Shown: positions 1 to 13,199, numbered from the stretch's first letter. The stretch: DNA of 64,000 nt from Antedon mediterranea (GCF_964355755.1 NC_092671.1:20274001-20338000), one strand, 5' to 3'. Translations and numbers: made by a program. The notes: a model not told the origin generated them from the sequence alone.

Positions 1-62
1 GGTGTTGGGTCTTAGCTTTCGTGATCTTAGGTCTTAGGGGGTCTGAGCTTTCGTGACACCCG
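1..62. mobile_element. Right TIR of a non-autonomous TIR element (same family as 5888-6969; Mutator-like), truncated by window start
   Basis: Matches 6893-6969 except for one missing internal repeat unit; ends GTGACACCCG and abuts a LINE ORF. Confidence 0.85.
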
Positions 63-856
63 TTTACTGACAGATGAATTTAACAGACTATTAAGAGTAT
101 TAAACATTGTTTTAGCATTTGCACCATTTAGTGTTTCTTGGAAAAGGTTGGTTTTACGTTCCTTGATAAGTTTAGTAACTTTAACATTTTGCTTCAGGTA
201 CATTTCACGATCTTCACCAGAGAGAGTTTTTCTCCACTTGCGTTCAAGTTGTCCACGCTCACGACGCGAGTCTTTTACATCATCAGTATACCATTTAGGT
301 TGTCTGATCAGCTTCAGGGACCGTGATTTCTCCGGGCAATGTTTATCAAGTACTTCGCGAATAGAACTATTATATAACTCAGCTTGAGAATTGGGATCAT
401 TTGTCAGAAGAATACACTTCGTCGCACGATCGAGATCAGGTATGAAAGATTCCATGTCTAGGTCTTTAAAAGATCTACGGGTGATAATTCTTCTTTTGGG
501 ACATGGTTTAAACCTATTGATACTACACTCTATCATGTTATGATCAGATCCATATCTGCATGGTGATACAGTAATGTATGACTCGCATGTAATAAGATCA
601 TCTTCTGGATGACAAATAACATGATCAAGCGTATTTCCACATTTATGCGTTGGGCTGTTGACGTACTGTTTCATGTTGTGTTCTGCCAAAGAGGTTAAAA
701 ATCGCGACACGTCTTGTTTTGTAGGATCATTGACATGAACATTCAGATCACCCATAATCAATGGTTTGCCAGGGAGTGTAGATACAACACCCAGGAAACT
801 GTCAAACTCTTCAAAAAATTGATTATGTGTAAAGCCATTTTTCTTTGAGGGTGGTG

Positions 857-3613
857 CAGTGGCGGATCTAGGATCTGACGAGGGGGGGTGGCCACGAAAA
901 TGGCAAACGAGGTGCGTAGCACCGAGCGGGGGAGGGTTTGGGGGGGGGTGTCCCCCTCCCGAGGGTCCGAAAATTTTTGAAAAAATAGATGCTTACACAC
1001 TGTTTAATAGGCTAGAGAAACTGTTTCCATCACACTTAATAACAAATATTACATAATGTAAAGTTAAATACATCCTTCCTAAATACTGTACGGATCTTTT
1101 TCGACGAACTAATAATAAACTTTGATCGAAAAACCTTCAAACAAAATGAACATTTTGGTAATGCGGTACTCCGAAAATGCCTCGATAGAGTGCATGTGTT
1201 GTGTACCGTGTTTTGGTGGTGGTCTGTTAACCTCAGAGATATACAGTATACCCTACAGCCGGGTGAATAACTCAATGTAATTTTGTATACAATGATCGCA
1301 GTAATCGCCGTGTCTATAACACAAATAAAAAAAACGCCAAATACGCCACATACTTTTTTCGGCCGTCCCGTGTGTACATACAAGACCTTTCATGTTTATT
1401 TTATGCCTATAAAATAATAAAAGAACACCATGTTTCTCGTTTATTTTTATCGTTTATAGTGCATACCATAATATTATACAAAAAACTTTCATGCGCGAGA
1501 AAAAAGTTCCCGATATTACACTCCACTCAGGGGTGTAAATATACCACGCCAACGCTTTGTGCACACACGGACCAGGGCGGCGGAAATTAACTGCAATGGA
1601 AAATGGTGTATTTTGGAGAGTGATGACGTCAGCATTCACACGAGGAGCGAGCTTGACAACGTGACGCTGGTAGTTTTAGGAGTGCGTGTGTTTTGAAAAT
1701 GGGTATTTTCCGAAGATTGTAAATCGTGTTTTCTTTTTAAACTCTTGAATTCATAATAGTAATTAAACTCTATAGCTCTTTCACTGTGTAGGCCTATTTA
1801 CACACAACTAAAATAGTAACTAGAATTTAATTCGTCACTTTGACGAATTATAGGTGATCATTTTTATCATTTTAATGAAATTAACATTTTTTAAACATGC
1901 ACGTACGTTAACATACGATCGTAAAAAGCTGATGTACGCCATCCTATGACATGATGCATATACACTTATAGTGCTGAGTTGTACCTATTATGTACAGTAT
2001 ATACTGTATCTATATACAGTGTAGCATAGGTGAAATTACTGGACCCACATCATGTTCAAATTTGTCGGTATGATGGAATTATCAAAATAAACTCGAAGAT
2101 GACAATTTCGAAAGATAATGAATTGAGCAAATAAATATTAGGATTGGAAGAGAATTTGACACGTAGAAGCGCAATGCGCGCTCTTTGAAATTTGTATAAC
2201 TTCGACTAAAGAAATTTAAAAACAACGTTTTAACTTCAACTGGCCATATGATAACATCACAACATCCGATAGGCTTAATTTTTATATTAATTCATATCTA
2301 CATTACATCAGCTTTCATAATAAGTTATAATCTTCAAGGTCACCTTTAATTCTGAAGAGCTATAATATATTCAAATGTAAGGTGTAGCTGAAATTACACG
2401 ACCTACGTTATTAAAGTTTTTACACATGATGACGTCATCAAAATAAAAATGTTGACAACTCTTGAGAAAGATAATTAATTGAGCAAGCACATACTAACAT
2501 TTCGGCGAAAATCGGGCTCAAATAGCAGAGATGCGCTCTATTGAATGTGATAACCCACACAAAAAGATAAAAATTACTAATTTTTAAATTGAAGTGGCCC
2601 TTTGATGACGTCATACCATTTTGTACGTCTAATGTGTACATGAATATGTATCTACAACCCAATGGCTTCCCGAATAAGTTAAAAAAATTGGGGGTCACCT
2701 GCCATTCTGAAGAGTTATATTCATTTTAAAAAGGCCTTATTTTTCACCATTTTCAGCACTTTGATGCAATTAATTTGCGCATTTTGTTATTTTTAACCTG
2801 CTCGTATAGCGTTATTTTCAGTCGGAACTTACTCAAATTTGGTGAATGTACTAAGGATGGTGAGTAGAACGCGATTTGTATAACAAAATTGCAATTTTTA
2901 CGCTTTGTAAGTATCGCGCGCGCAAAATATTTTTTTTGCGCAGTAATTTTTTGAAACACGCAATTGGCCTAATTCATGCTCTAAATTGATTAAAACGTAA
3001 TTTTGAGCTTTTTAAATTTTTACTGCGCGATTCCACGCGCATGACCCTACATGCGCGCGCGTTTTTACTTGCTAATATTTTTACCCTTGACCTGAAGTTT
3101 ACGTGTAGTGAATTTCATAAATATGTGATAATGAATTATGGATATATGATTGATAATGTGATTTCACAAAATGGCGTATACGTGACGTCACGGATGAGTG
3201 ATCACGCTGAAAAGCTTATTATGGCTAAGTTAAAGTATTTGAAAGACATTGTGAAATTGTTGTGATCATTGCTATTCAACTTTTTGAGATATTTGACGAA
3301 CAAAAAGTGTACAGAAAGAATAATAACAATAATAAAGATTTTGTACAATAACAATAGGTGATCATTTTATTCTAAATGATCACCTAATTAAACTCTATAG
3401 CTCTTTCACTGTGTAGGCCTATTTACACACAACTATTAATGCTAACCCTAGCTCTAGTAGGGCCTAGCTAGGCCTACTCTTCTTAATTAAAAGATTAATC
3501 CACGTCTAGCGACGGTCAATCGCGATTAGGTTGCATCTTTTTTTTTTTTTTTTTTTTGAGAATTAAGGGGGGTGGCTAGCCACCCTATTCACCCCCCCCT
3601 AGATCCGCCACTG
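857..3613. mobile_element. hAT-like non-autonomous element (apparent 6-bp TSD)
   Basis: Perfect 15-bp TIR CAGTGGCGGATCTAG/CTAGATCCGCCACTG; GTGGTG on both flanks (851-856, 3614-3619); removal restores LINE frame. Confidence 0.8.
1820..3385 (-). mobile_element. Helentron-associated non-autonomous element (HINE/DINE-like)
   Basis: Sub-terminal IR TAGGTGATCATTT at 1851 and as a hairpin at about 3355-3386; stem-loop TAATTCGTCA-CTT-TGACGAATTA next to a CTAGTT end on the minus strand; inserted at a TT/AA site. Confidence 0.75.
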
Positions 3614-4664
3614 GTGGTGGTCGGTATACAGCAATAAAACGAACAAACTTTGAGTTGCCAGTTATTGAAGCATGTTCAAAAGTGACGGTATCTATTCCTG
3701 TAGGTGAAATACCTAGCTTCAGACTTGATTTGCTGATGATTGCAATACCGCCGTGTCTATCACCAGGTCTTGGAAAGTTTAAAAAAGAGTACCCTAATGG
3801 CGTACATTCACCAATAATAACAGGGTCTTCTTCAGACAACCAAGACTCTGTGATAGTCAAAACATCAACATCTTTGTCGAGAATGTAGTCATAAATTGTT
3901 TGAGTTTTATTACCGATAGATTGTGCGTTCCAGCAGTGAACATCGAGATACTTTTTACTCTCCGCTTTTATTTGCACAAGATTATTATAATTAATGACGC
4001 GAAGTTCCAACTTCCTCTGAGAGCATACATCAGTTGTGTCAGAAAAGCGTGATGTCGTAAGGACTTTTATTTGTCGTCGCTTTTTCACGCCAGCTCTACG
4101 TCCTCGTACGGTCTTTCTACAAATACCGAGGTCACTCAGTCGCTGCCATAATTGTTGACTAAAAGATTGTGGTCTGTTTACTTGTTTGCCAATATTCTTG
4201 ATTTCATTCAACGTGTAACGTACAAGTGACTTCATAATGAATGCAAATCAGATGAGTTGAGCCATTCACTCCGAGCAAGAAATGCCGATAATACTGTATG
4301 CAATGAAAAACCAGAGTTCGCAGAAAGTTCAGTTCAGCTAAAACAAAAGAATCAGCTGAGCATGACTAGACTTGAACAACAGGTCAGTCTAGGCTTGTCT
4401 GGAATTAAAGCAGGAGGCCTCAAACAGACTACTTTCTCCTATATAACCTCAGTATATTCAGGTAAACAGTTAGGCCTAGGCAGTGTAGTAAATTTGAACA
4501 AAAGTTACAGAAGGAAAAAAAAGTCTCAAACTTCACCAGACTAGGAAAACAGACAACAGGTACAATTAAAGTAAAATCAGTACAACATCAAGAAATTTAA
4601 ATCAGAAAACAACGCAAATTTTAGAAGAAAATTCAAGAACAATTTAGACACACTGCTGCCACCT

Positions 4665-5237
4665 TAGCAATACTGCCAAAGATATCAGAACTCCGCCTTC
4701 TTGCAATAAAAACCAATGCAGCCGTTATCTCTATATGTGAAACTATGTTGGATAATACTGTTCCTGATGCGGAGCTCAACATTGAAGGATACAACGTTTT
4801 CCGTTGAGATCGAAATCGGTCTGGAGGAGGTGTTTGTTTTTTGTTAAGGAAAGACTATCTATTCGTGAACGCCGGGACCTGGATTCTGAAAGTATTGAAT
4901 CAATTTGGATGGAAATTTTGTTTCCGAGGACGCGTCCTATTGTTGTTGGATCAATTTATCGTCTATTTATAACTATTTATTGACTCGTTTGAAAATATAT
5001 TGGCTGTTATTCGACCTGATGTAGAAGTTATTGATTTGAAATTTGAAAAATGAATCTGCATCAATATACAAAATGTTAGAAACAACTCTTGAAACTTTTA
5101 GCTTTACCCACCTGATAAAGGAACCAACTCGAATTACTGTATACATCAACAGTTTTAGATATTATCATATGTAACCATTCGCAAAAAATTTTGCAATCGG
5201 GTGTCATCCATGTAGGCATTAGCAGGCCCGTAACCAG
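4665..5237 (+). mobile_element. Degraded CR1/L2-group LINE endonuclease fragment
   Basis: Translates with stops/frameshifts as ILPKISELR..AVISICET..EGYNVFR*DRNRSGGGVC..EPTRIT..SGVIHVGIS. Confidence 0.75.
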
Positions 5238-5719
5238 TAGTCCGGTCCCTAAGGGGAAATGACATTACCGTAGTGGATACAAGTGTGACATTTGGCATGT
5301 TGATAGAACATGATATGGGGATGCCAAAACAAAGTTACTGGAAATCTGATTTGACCTCTGTGATCTTTGACCTCAATTTTTGTATTTTTTATCTAAAACA
5401 CCAAAACAGGTATATCTCTACAACGGATTGGTATTTTGAAATGGTTTTGGTGTTAAATTGACCAGAAGGTACATGTTTGTATTTGATCTAATGAAACATT
5501 TCACCCAAAAATGATCAGAAATGCTATTTCTGAACTTTTGACCTTTGACCTTAGTATACTATATCTCAAGAACTACTGGTCAGAAATACTTGTAATTTGT
5601 TTCAAATTGTTCAGAACATACATATTTATATATTCTCTAATGGAACATGTTCTTCATAAATGAAAGTAAATGTCATTTATGAACTTTACCTTGTTTAGTT
5701 AGTGTTTTCGAACTCTTTA

Positions 5720-8700
5720 AACCTAATCCTTGTAACATTTTCCTAAACAGGCACACAAAGGGGTACATGTGAATTCCCAAACATGTGCATCTCTTCTTGC
5801 ATTTACAATTTACAAGTTGCCGCATGGCATCTGATACAACTGGAAACTCTGACCATTTTGGATCTACTCCCTTAGCTGTAGATGTCCCGGGTGTCACGAA
5901 AGCTCAGACCACGAAAGCTCAGACCCCCTAAGACCTAAGATCACGAAAGCTAAGACCCAACACCTAAAATATTTATCTTTCGCACCTGCCTTGTATTTTA
6001 CTCCCAACATTTATTCTGAATACCACACCTTAGAATTGGCACTTTCATGAAAAAGAATCACATATAAAGTAACAAATACATTTTTAAATTGATGATTTTA
6101 CAGACGTTTTTCTCGCACACAAAATGACTAGCCTAGCCTACAGTACAGTAGGCCTACCCCATGGGCCATGTTCAATGTTTTTGTTTCTATGGAACGTCAA
6201 AAGAGCAAAAATTATATAGAGGGCTGAAAACTCTGTGGAGTCCATCTACAGTGTGGATGGAACAATGTAAAATTAAAATTGTAATGATAATAGTATAATC
6301 ATGCAAGTACGAAGAAATAAATACTGGCAAATAAATTTTAATTTAAAAATCATGATGAGTTTTTTTGTTTCGTTTTCTTTCTGTTTTTATACTTGTACTA
6401 TTATTGTTGCTCTTTTGGCGCTCCATAGAAACAAAAACATTGAGCATGGGGAGCTCGACGAGTTACATTACAGTATACAAAGAAACACATCTGTAAAATC
6501 ATCAATTTAAAGGATTTATTTATTTGTTATTATGTGTTTCTCCTTCTGAAAGTACTTATAAGTCCTAATTTTAAAGTGTGGTGTTCAGGATAAAGTTAGT
6601 CAACAAATTTGGAGTCAAAATACAAGAAAGGCAGGTGCGTAAGAAAAACATCCTCTGAAGCAACACAATGGAGTAAATATATACCAACAAACAACCCGTC
6701 AAGTTTGTTTGTTGTAAAGAAAAAATATACATTTACTCAACGGGCGAAAATAATGTGAGTTTATCTATGTTTTGGGGTAGTATTAAATTATATTTATGGT
6801 AATAAATAAAACCTACTGTGTTTAAAATTATGTATGGATAAACAAGTATTATTTTTAAGCTGTAGTATATCTTATTAGTATTTGTAATCTTAGGTGTTGG
6901 GTCTTAGCTTTCGTGATCTTAGGTCTTAGGGGGTCTGAGCTTTCGTGGTCTGAGCTTTCGTGACACCCGTAGATGTCTAACCATATTTCATTGGTGATGG
7001 CAAGTTCTGTTCTCTCCATAAACTCCTCGCCCACACTAATGTTTGGTAGATTGCACGCTTTGCATGTTGGAGCAATGCCCCTTGAGTTGGCGGGATTTTC
7101 TCTATAGGCCTACCAGCTGCAAATAGTTGATGGCGAGCTTTGTTAACTGTATTTTGACTGCACGTTCTGGAATACAAAGCTATTACAAACTTCTGTAGTG
7201 TATTCATACTCTCCGTCAACATTTCATCTGATACTGTTGGGGATGAAAGAGATTCATGACTGTCCATACTTTCCATGCAGATTTCTTCCCAATTCCCTTG
7301 AAGAAAGAAACGTCGCACCCTGTGAAACTATGAAAGAACAACAATCCCCCGGCTCTCTCTGGTCCTAGACTATTTGCTATCTCATGGATGGCAAGAACAC
7401 GATAACTGTTTTAAGTGCCAAACTCAATATACAGTTGATCCAGATTCAGGTTGTTGTATAATGATACTGCAATAACCACAATATCTGTGTCTACTGTTCG
7501 AATTGAAATACAGCGATGCCCACATGCTGAAGCATGTTGTACATGCAACATTATTCTACTGTCGGCCTCTTCTTGTTTACACGGGCTTATAGAGGACACA
7601 TCCACATTTCTAGAAGTAAAGACATGTTCTAACGATGTAACTACAATTCCTCTTTGTTTGCATCCTGTGAAAAACAAATTTATGGTTTTCAAAGTTGTTA
7701 CATGTTCAATGAAAAAAAAATACAGTACATGCAATTTATCAATACATTTTCTAAAAAACACTTACCAGACTTAGAAAACTATTCCAATTTTTGGGGATTT
7801 TTGAGGTTGGTTCGACCTTCCGACGAGTTGTTATTCCAACTGAAGCACTTCGTTTCTTCCGTTGCTGTTGTTTTAGACTTTCAGGTAAGTAGATATCAAA
7901 AACAACATCAACTCGTAATACCTTGAGAAAAAACAGATTTCTTTTGGCTTAATATGGATGGGGAAATTGAAATGTTGTGTCTGTGTTTGCAGAAGGGCAT
8001 ACATTATTAAATTAGCTGTAGTGAATTAAAATTAACAATGTTTGATTTACCTGTTGCGAAAGGCGCTTTATCACATATGGAATGAAACAGTCTTTGGCAT
8101 AATCGGCAAATGTTGTACCAGCCTTTCCAGCAATGAAATAGACTATAGCTACACCATCAAGGACAGTGGTTGTGATGTTATCTGGTAGAATAGTGATACA
8201 TTGAACATCTGTTGTGAGACACTGTATGAGTTCGGACTTTTGACCTGATCTTAATTCTCCTCCGAAGCCAAGTGAAGGGGGATCGTCGTGGTTCTCAAAA
8301 TTGAAAACATTTTCTGGGGGTTCGCCTCTGGCCTGAGATGAGAGGAAAAGATTTGCAAATAGGTTGTTGGTTTGTTTTAGCAGCGTCCTTTCGACCTTTT
8401 CTTTTGACAATCTCTTTTTTCTTTTGGAAGAGAATAATGGGATTTTTAATGCTGTAATTTTGTCAGCAAGTGACTTCTTTCGATCTACGATGATAGCTTC
8501 TACATACTCATGATATTGCTTTTGTCCGGCAGACTCGATGCTCTGCAATGCTGTTGCTACTGATTCATCCATTATGTCTTTGTGGTAAATGTTCATCAAG
8601 TCGGAACTGTTCCCTGAAAATTGATTACCTAGTTTCTGTAGCGTCTCGTAAAGATCTTTTACATGGCAGTTAAATTTACTGTTGTATGTATCATTATCTT

Positions 8701-11680
8701 CATGATGTTTACAGTTTATGGTAGTGTTCATGTGTTTGAATCCTGAAATAGAAACATTATCACTTTAAATATGACTCGATTGATTTAAGGACAGATATTA
8801 CAATTTATTTTTCCTAAGTATTTCCTTAATATAATACCTTACTTACCCTTACAAATGACTGTAAAGCACATGCAACATTTGGTCCAGCGATTTCTAAAAC
8901 ATGCCTGTGGTTGTCATTCATGATGTTATCCAAAATTCCAGTCTCGCATTTAATTGACTTGTTAACAATGAATTTGACAATACAAGTAATATTAAAATAA
9001 AGTAACAAGCATAAAATAGACAGTAACCTGCAGTAACCTACCTGATCTAAGGCCATACTTGAGAACTGTTTTGAAGACCTGTTTGCTGTGAATTTTCCTT
9101 TCATGAACTCTGCCCATATACCTGGATGCTTTTTTTCTAATGACACCATGTCTCTAAGATGTATTGGTAGCCAACGCTGGTAATGACTTCGGTCCAAGGC
9201 AAACATCCATGGGCATATAGCTGAGATGGTTTTAACGTATAACTGAAAATCACGTTGTCGCAATGATCTAACAAAGGCAAGATAGACCATCTCTAGTTTC
9301 ATTATCATATCCTAGAAAAAGAATTGTGGATATTGATTTTTGCATTTCTTTTCCCATGTCTCTTTCGTTTCTCCTTCAACCTTATCCAATCTCTCATTGT
9401 ACGCATCATCTTTTAATTTCTTTAAGGCGACGATTGTTACCTGGTGTGCATAACGAGCACGCTTAACATGCTTAGCAGATGTTAGTGATTCAGCTCTTCC
9501 AGGTGTAGTTAATTTAGCCTCTGCCAATGTTTCCGCCCAACCACTATTTTGGAGCAATATCCCAATCATAGATATGATTGCCATCTCAATATGCAGGCCT
9601 CCCATCATTACTACTAACTTGTCCTCACCAAATTGCTGTGGATGTTGCCATTGAAGTTGCTTTGCAATAGCAAACAATGGTTGATCCCCAGTTAATATCG
9701 GCACCTGCTGCGGATTGATAATATTCGTTACATTCAAACACACTTTAAACATATGTTTTACCATTGCTGGCGTATCCGATTTTTCTTTCCACAAAGGTAA
9801 CATTTTGGCCAATGCATTTGGTACTCTCCGTTTTGGTAGATTGATAATCTGAATGAAATTTAATCCATGATGGGAAATTTGGATTTGAAATTTCATTCAG
9901 CCATCTAACTTCATCATCAATTACTCCATATAGATTTTGTTCTTGAAGTAATACATGACTATCAGGAACTGATGGAATAACTGGTTTGTCAGTTAGGAAT
10001 GCTGGTACGATACTGGTGTAGTTAGTTGGCAGTTTCCTGTGTCCTGTTGAGTCGCTAGTAATCTTTGGTGGCTCAATGTATATACCTGCATTAACATCAT
10101 CTACATGACATGCCACACTGAAACCAGTTCCATTGAAGTCTTCTGATGCATTATTAGCTTTTGACTGTCTATTTAAGTTATCAAATTGACATGTGACAAA
10201 TGCTTGTCTTGGTAGGTTTGTAGGGTAAACTGCACCAGCACTGTCATACATATTTAGTAACTGATTTTCAATATTTTTTAAAATTTGAAGGACGCGTTTG
10301 TAGTCAATGCCAAGTCCCAAACTGTTAAGTTTTTGAACAAGCTCCTTACTTTGGGTATGTTGGTATATCAACAAACTGAGAAATACAGGTAGTGGTGATT
10401 CCTTACTTGATGCATGGCGGATTGACCTTTCTTCATTATTTTGTTTCTTGATACCATTAAATTTTATCAGTTGACATAGACCATGTATTATGGGTGCTCG
10501 AGCATTATCTTTATTTAACTTTTTCCGAGTAGTATATGGTCCACGAATGATCATATCCAATAGAAGTAGCAAGGAATTACTAGATGTCTGACGACAGCTG
10601 TCACTGTTGAATGTGCCTTGAAAGTGGGTTTCGGTGTCAAAGAATTTATCACGACGACATATACTGGCAGCTTTTGTTAGAATAAGGATTTCATCATCTA
10701 AATTCTGATGAGCCTTTGCCAAATTCCCCTTTTTAAAACTAAGGAAGACATGTCCTTTAACATCAACTTCATCACGCAAGCCACATGCTTCTATGAGTTT
10801 CTTTTTTAACCGTGTTCTATTAGGTTCTCTCCTTGGATATGCATTGGTTTCTAGTTCAGCCACCCTATCACAATACCTGTTATACAATTGGGACAGCATA
10901 AAAACAGGTTCAACCTCACAATATCTCTTTTCTTCAATTTCTGTTACTATTTCTGCAAATGCAAGTGATTGTGATAGTGAAGAGAGATGCTGTTGGTGTT
11001 TTCTCGTTCTCTTTTTCTCTCACAAGCTCGCTGTTCATTATACAAGCCTGCTAAACAAGTTGTGTGATACACAGCATCGAGAGCACTCATATCTCATCTT
11101 GCTAGTTTAGCTATTAGAGCTGTATGTCGCAAACTCAAAGCACATTTCTTAACATGGTCTGTAATCTGAATTGTTAAAGCCTTTCTTGAGTTCTTGTCAC
11201 CGGGAATGACTTCTCCTGGACATGATGGATTGTCTGGGCCATAAAAAAAACACATGGTTTTATCATGCTCAGTTAGTGAAGTATCTACTGATAATCCAAT
11301 GATTCCGATTTTCGTTTACACTTACATGACTCTAGGTTTTTCTGGGAGAATTTAAGTCGGCATGAAACATGATACTTTGCATTGTTTTCGATTAAATGTC
11401 TTTGCAACACCTTCTTCATCTTCATGAATTTTACTTAAGTTAAAACTTTCCATTCCTTTTGGCATGAAACCGGTATTTTGAAACTGTATCAGCATATTAG
11501 AAATGGAATTAAGACCCTTTGATTGGTGTTTGGATGAGTGACTATTGTATATTTTCTTTGGATCTGTTAATTGTTCAGGTGTTTCATTCCCACATATAAA
11601 ACATTTAGACCAGTCAGTTATGTTTCTCTTATCTCCATTAACAGTTACAATTTTGACCTTCTTGGAAGACATTTTGCCTG
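5720..11680 (-). pseudogene. Academ-type transposase + XPG/FEN1-like nuclease + Cys-rich domain, frameshifted
   Basis: ORFs 11352-11693, 9745-10899, 9312-9896, 8826-9308, 8012-8731, 7411-7761, 6977-7318 and 5673-5897 are collinear; GT-AG introns approx 9041-8744, 8050-7923, 7766-7665; several frameshifts and a MITE insertion. Confidence 0.75.
5888..6969. mobile_element. Non-autonomous TIR element with 80-bp TIRs and 9-bp TSD (Mutator-like)
   Basis: TIR 5888-5967 / 6890-6969 (CGGGTGTCACGAAAGCTCAGACC...); TSD TAGATGTCC/TAGATGTCT; further internal inverted repeats. Confidence 0.88.
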
Positions 11681-12640
11681 AAGAATAAAACAATTGTTTA
11701 TCATCATCATCTGTAATTAAGTAGGTTACCTACATTTGAATAGAATCTACAATACAAATGTAATTTAAAATAATAAACATTGGAATTGTGATTAAATTTA
11801 GTTTTTCATCACAAGTAATGCTGCTACTGTATGTACAGCACAGGGCAGTATGATAAATCGTGCACATATAGGCCTATGTAAATGTATAGCATGTGGTGGA
11901 AATTAAATTAAATTAAAACATATTTCATCAGTACTTCTGAATACAACCATGAATATCATATTTACTATCTTAAATAACTTAATTTGATGTTAACCTAGTC
12001 TAGTCTGTATATCATGGTTTTGAATGCAAGTTTGCAATTTTGTTTTGGCTGGTAGGTAGGCCATCCCCACTCTCACAGAGCAGACTATCTATCTATCTAT
12101 CCTACCTATCTGGGCTAGGCTTAGGCAGGCCTAGCTTATTATCATTATATAATGAATGCCTAGTTCATCTTACAATACTATTGTGTATTAGGTTACAATT
12201 ATATACTAATAAAATAATTCTAAAATAACTAAAAACACACTTTAAAGTGTGTATAATATACTCACTAAAAATGTTTCAATACTAGAAGTGTAGGAAAGTG
12301 ATGTCATCACCAAGTCACGGTTGAGCGATCATTTCAAAAGTGAAATTACTCACTCACTACTTTTTATTGAAAGTATTTTGATACAAATTACATTTCTCGG
12401 AAATATCTTTATTAAAGCAAATATACTTCTACATCTTCTGATCAACTTGACACAAAAATTATTTCAATAGACTGTATGGTTGCAAAAATATGGATTATAT
12501 GCTTTTTGTCCTAAAAAAACACATTTTCTAAAGAAATCTTGGTAACTGTTAAGTTTCATGAAAAACTTTGTGTTAGATTAAATACAAACATGTACCTTCT
12601 GGTCAATTTAACACCAAAACCATTTCAAAATACCAACCCG

Positions 12641-13110
12641 AGGAGGAGGAGTAGCAGCTCTGTATATCCACCAATTTGTCATTTTTAAACAAGTTCAAGA
12701 AATTGAATGTTCCACTATCAAATCTCTAGGAATACATGTAAAACCACCATCCGGAAACAGCAGCATTATTGCTACAGTATACCAACTGCCAAATTCAAAT
12801 GTATCGTTTTTTGTGGATCTTGAGAAAGGCTTCACAGTATGGACACACCAGTCACAAAATGTCGTCATTACACAAGACTTCAACATTAATGTCCAGATGG
12901 ACTCAACTAATCATAACCATCTTAAAGATCTTATGGACATTTTTCACCTACCACAGCTAATCAAATCTCCAACTAGAACAACAACTACATCTACTTCGTT
13001 AATTGATCTCATTTTAACCACTACAGAGGAACACCATATTTATTCTTCCATTTTTACATGTGGTTTCAGCGATCATGATTTTGCATACTTGAAAATTTCA
13101 ACATTTTACT
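12641..13110 (+). mobile_element. Degraded LINE APE endonuclease fragment
   Basis: GGGVAALYI..ATVYQLPN..QDFNIN..SPTRTT..LIDLIL..GFSDH. Confidence 0.8.
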
Positions 13111-13199
13111 AAGACTTGGGTACTGTATATTATATTTTTTCAGTTGTGTTAGTTAATCGTCTTTTTTTTTTTTGTCTTTAAACGGTTAAAAATGTGAAA

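Larger units (their letters stand above)
63..4650 (-). mobile_element. L2-clade LINE 5' part (ORF2 N-terminus + APE endonuclease), split by insertions
   Basis: ORF 3585-4235 has CWNAQSIGNK, ITESWL, HGGIA, VYRPP; ORF 27-761 continues GDLNVH, PTHKCGNTLD, SDH; frame rejoins as VYRPPPSKKNG across the 857-3613 insertion; similar to the L2 at 25030-28700. 5' limit approximate. Confidence 0.85.
5238..12640 (-). mobile_element. Academ (AcademX-like) DNA transposon, decayed, with intron-containing transposase/XPG-like nuclease gene
   Basis: Left end starts TAG; 68-bp inverted repeat 5424-5491 vs 12573-12640; ORF pieces with FDNLN, GDQPLF, GGLHIEM, WMFALDRSHY, EEADSRIMLH, RTVDTDIVV, FTGCD, IPPT..LLQH and a C-terminal Cys cluster. 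Confidence 0.72.

Noticed and set aside
1760-3435. 51-bp target-site duplication around the HINE
   Set aside because: The AATAGTAA start of the unit is also repeated before the element, so it is a tandem duplication with an internal insertion, not a TSD
4257-4544. Short plus-strand ORF and other 60-110 aa ORFs antisense to TEs or exons
   Set aside because: No motifs or splice support; expected by chance or shadows of opposite-strand coding
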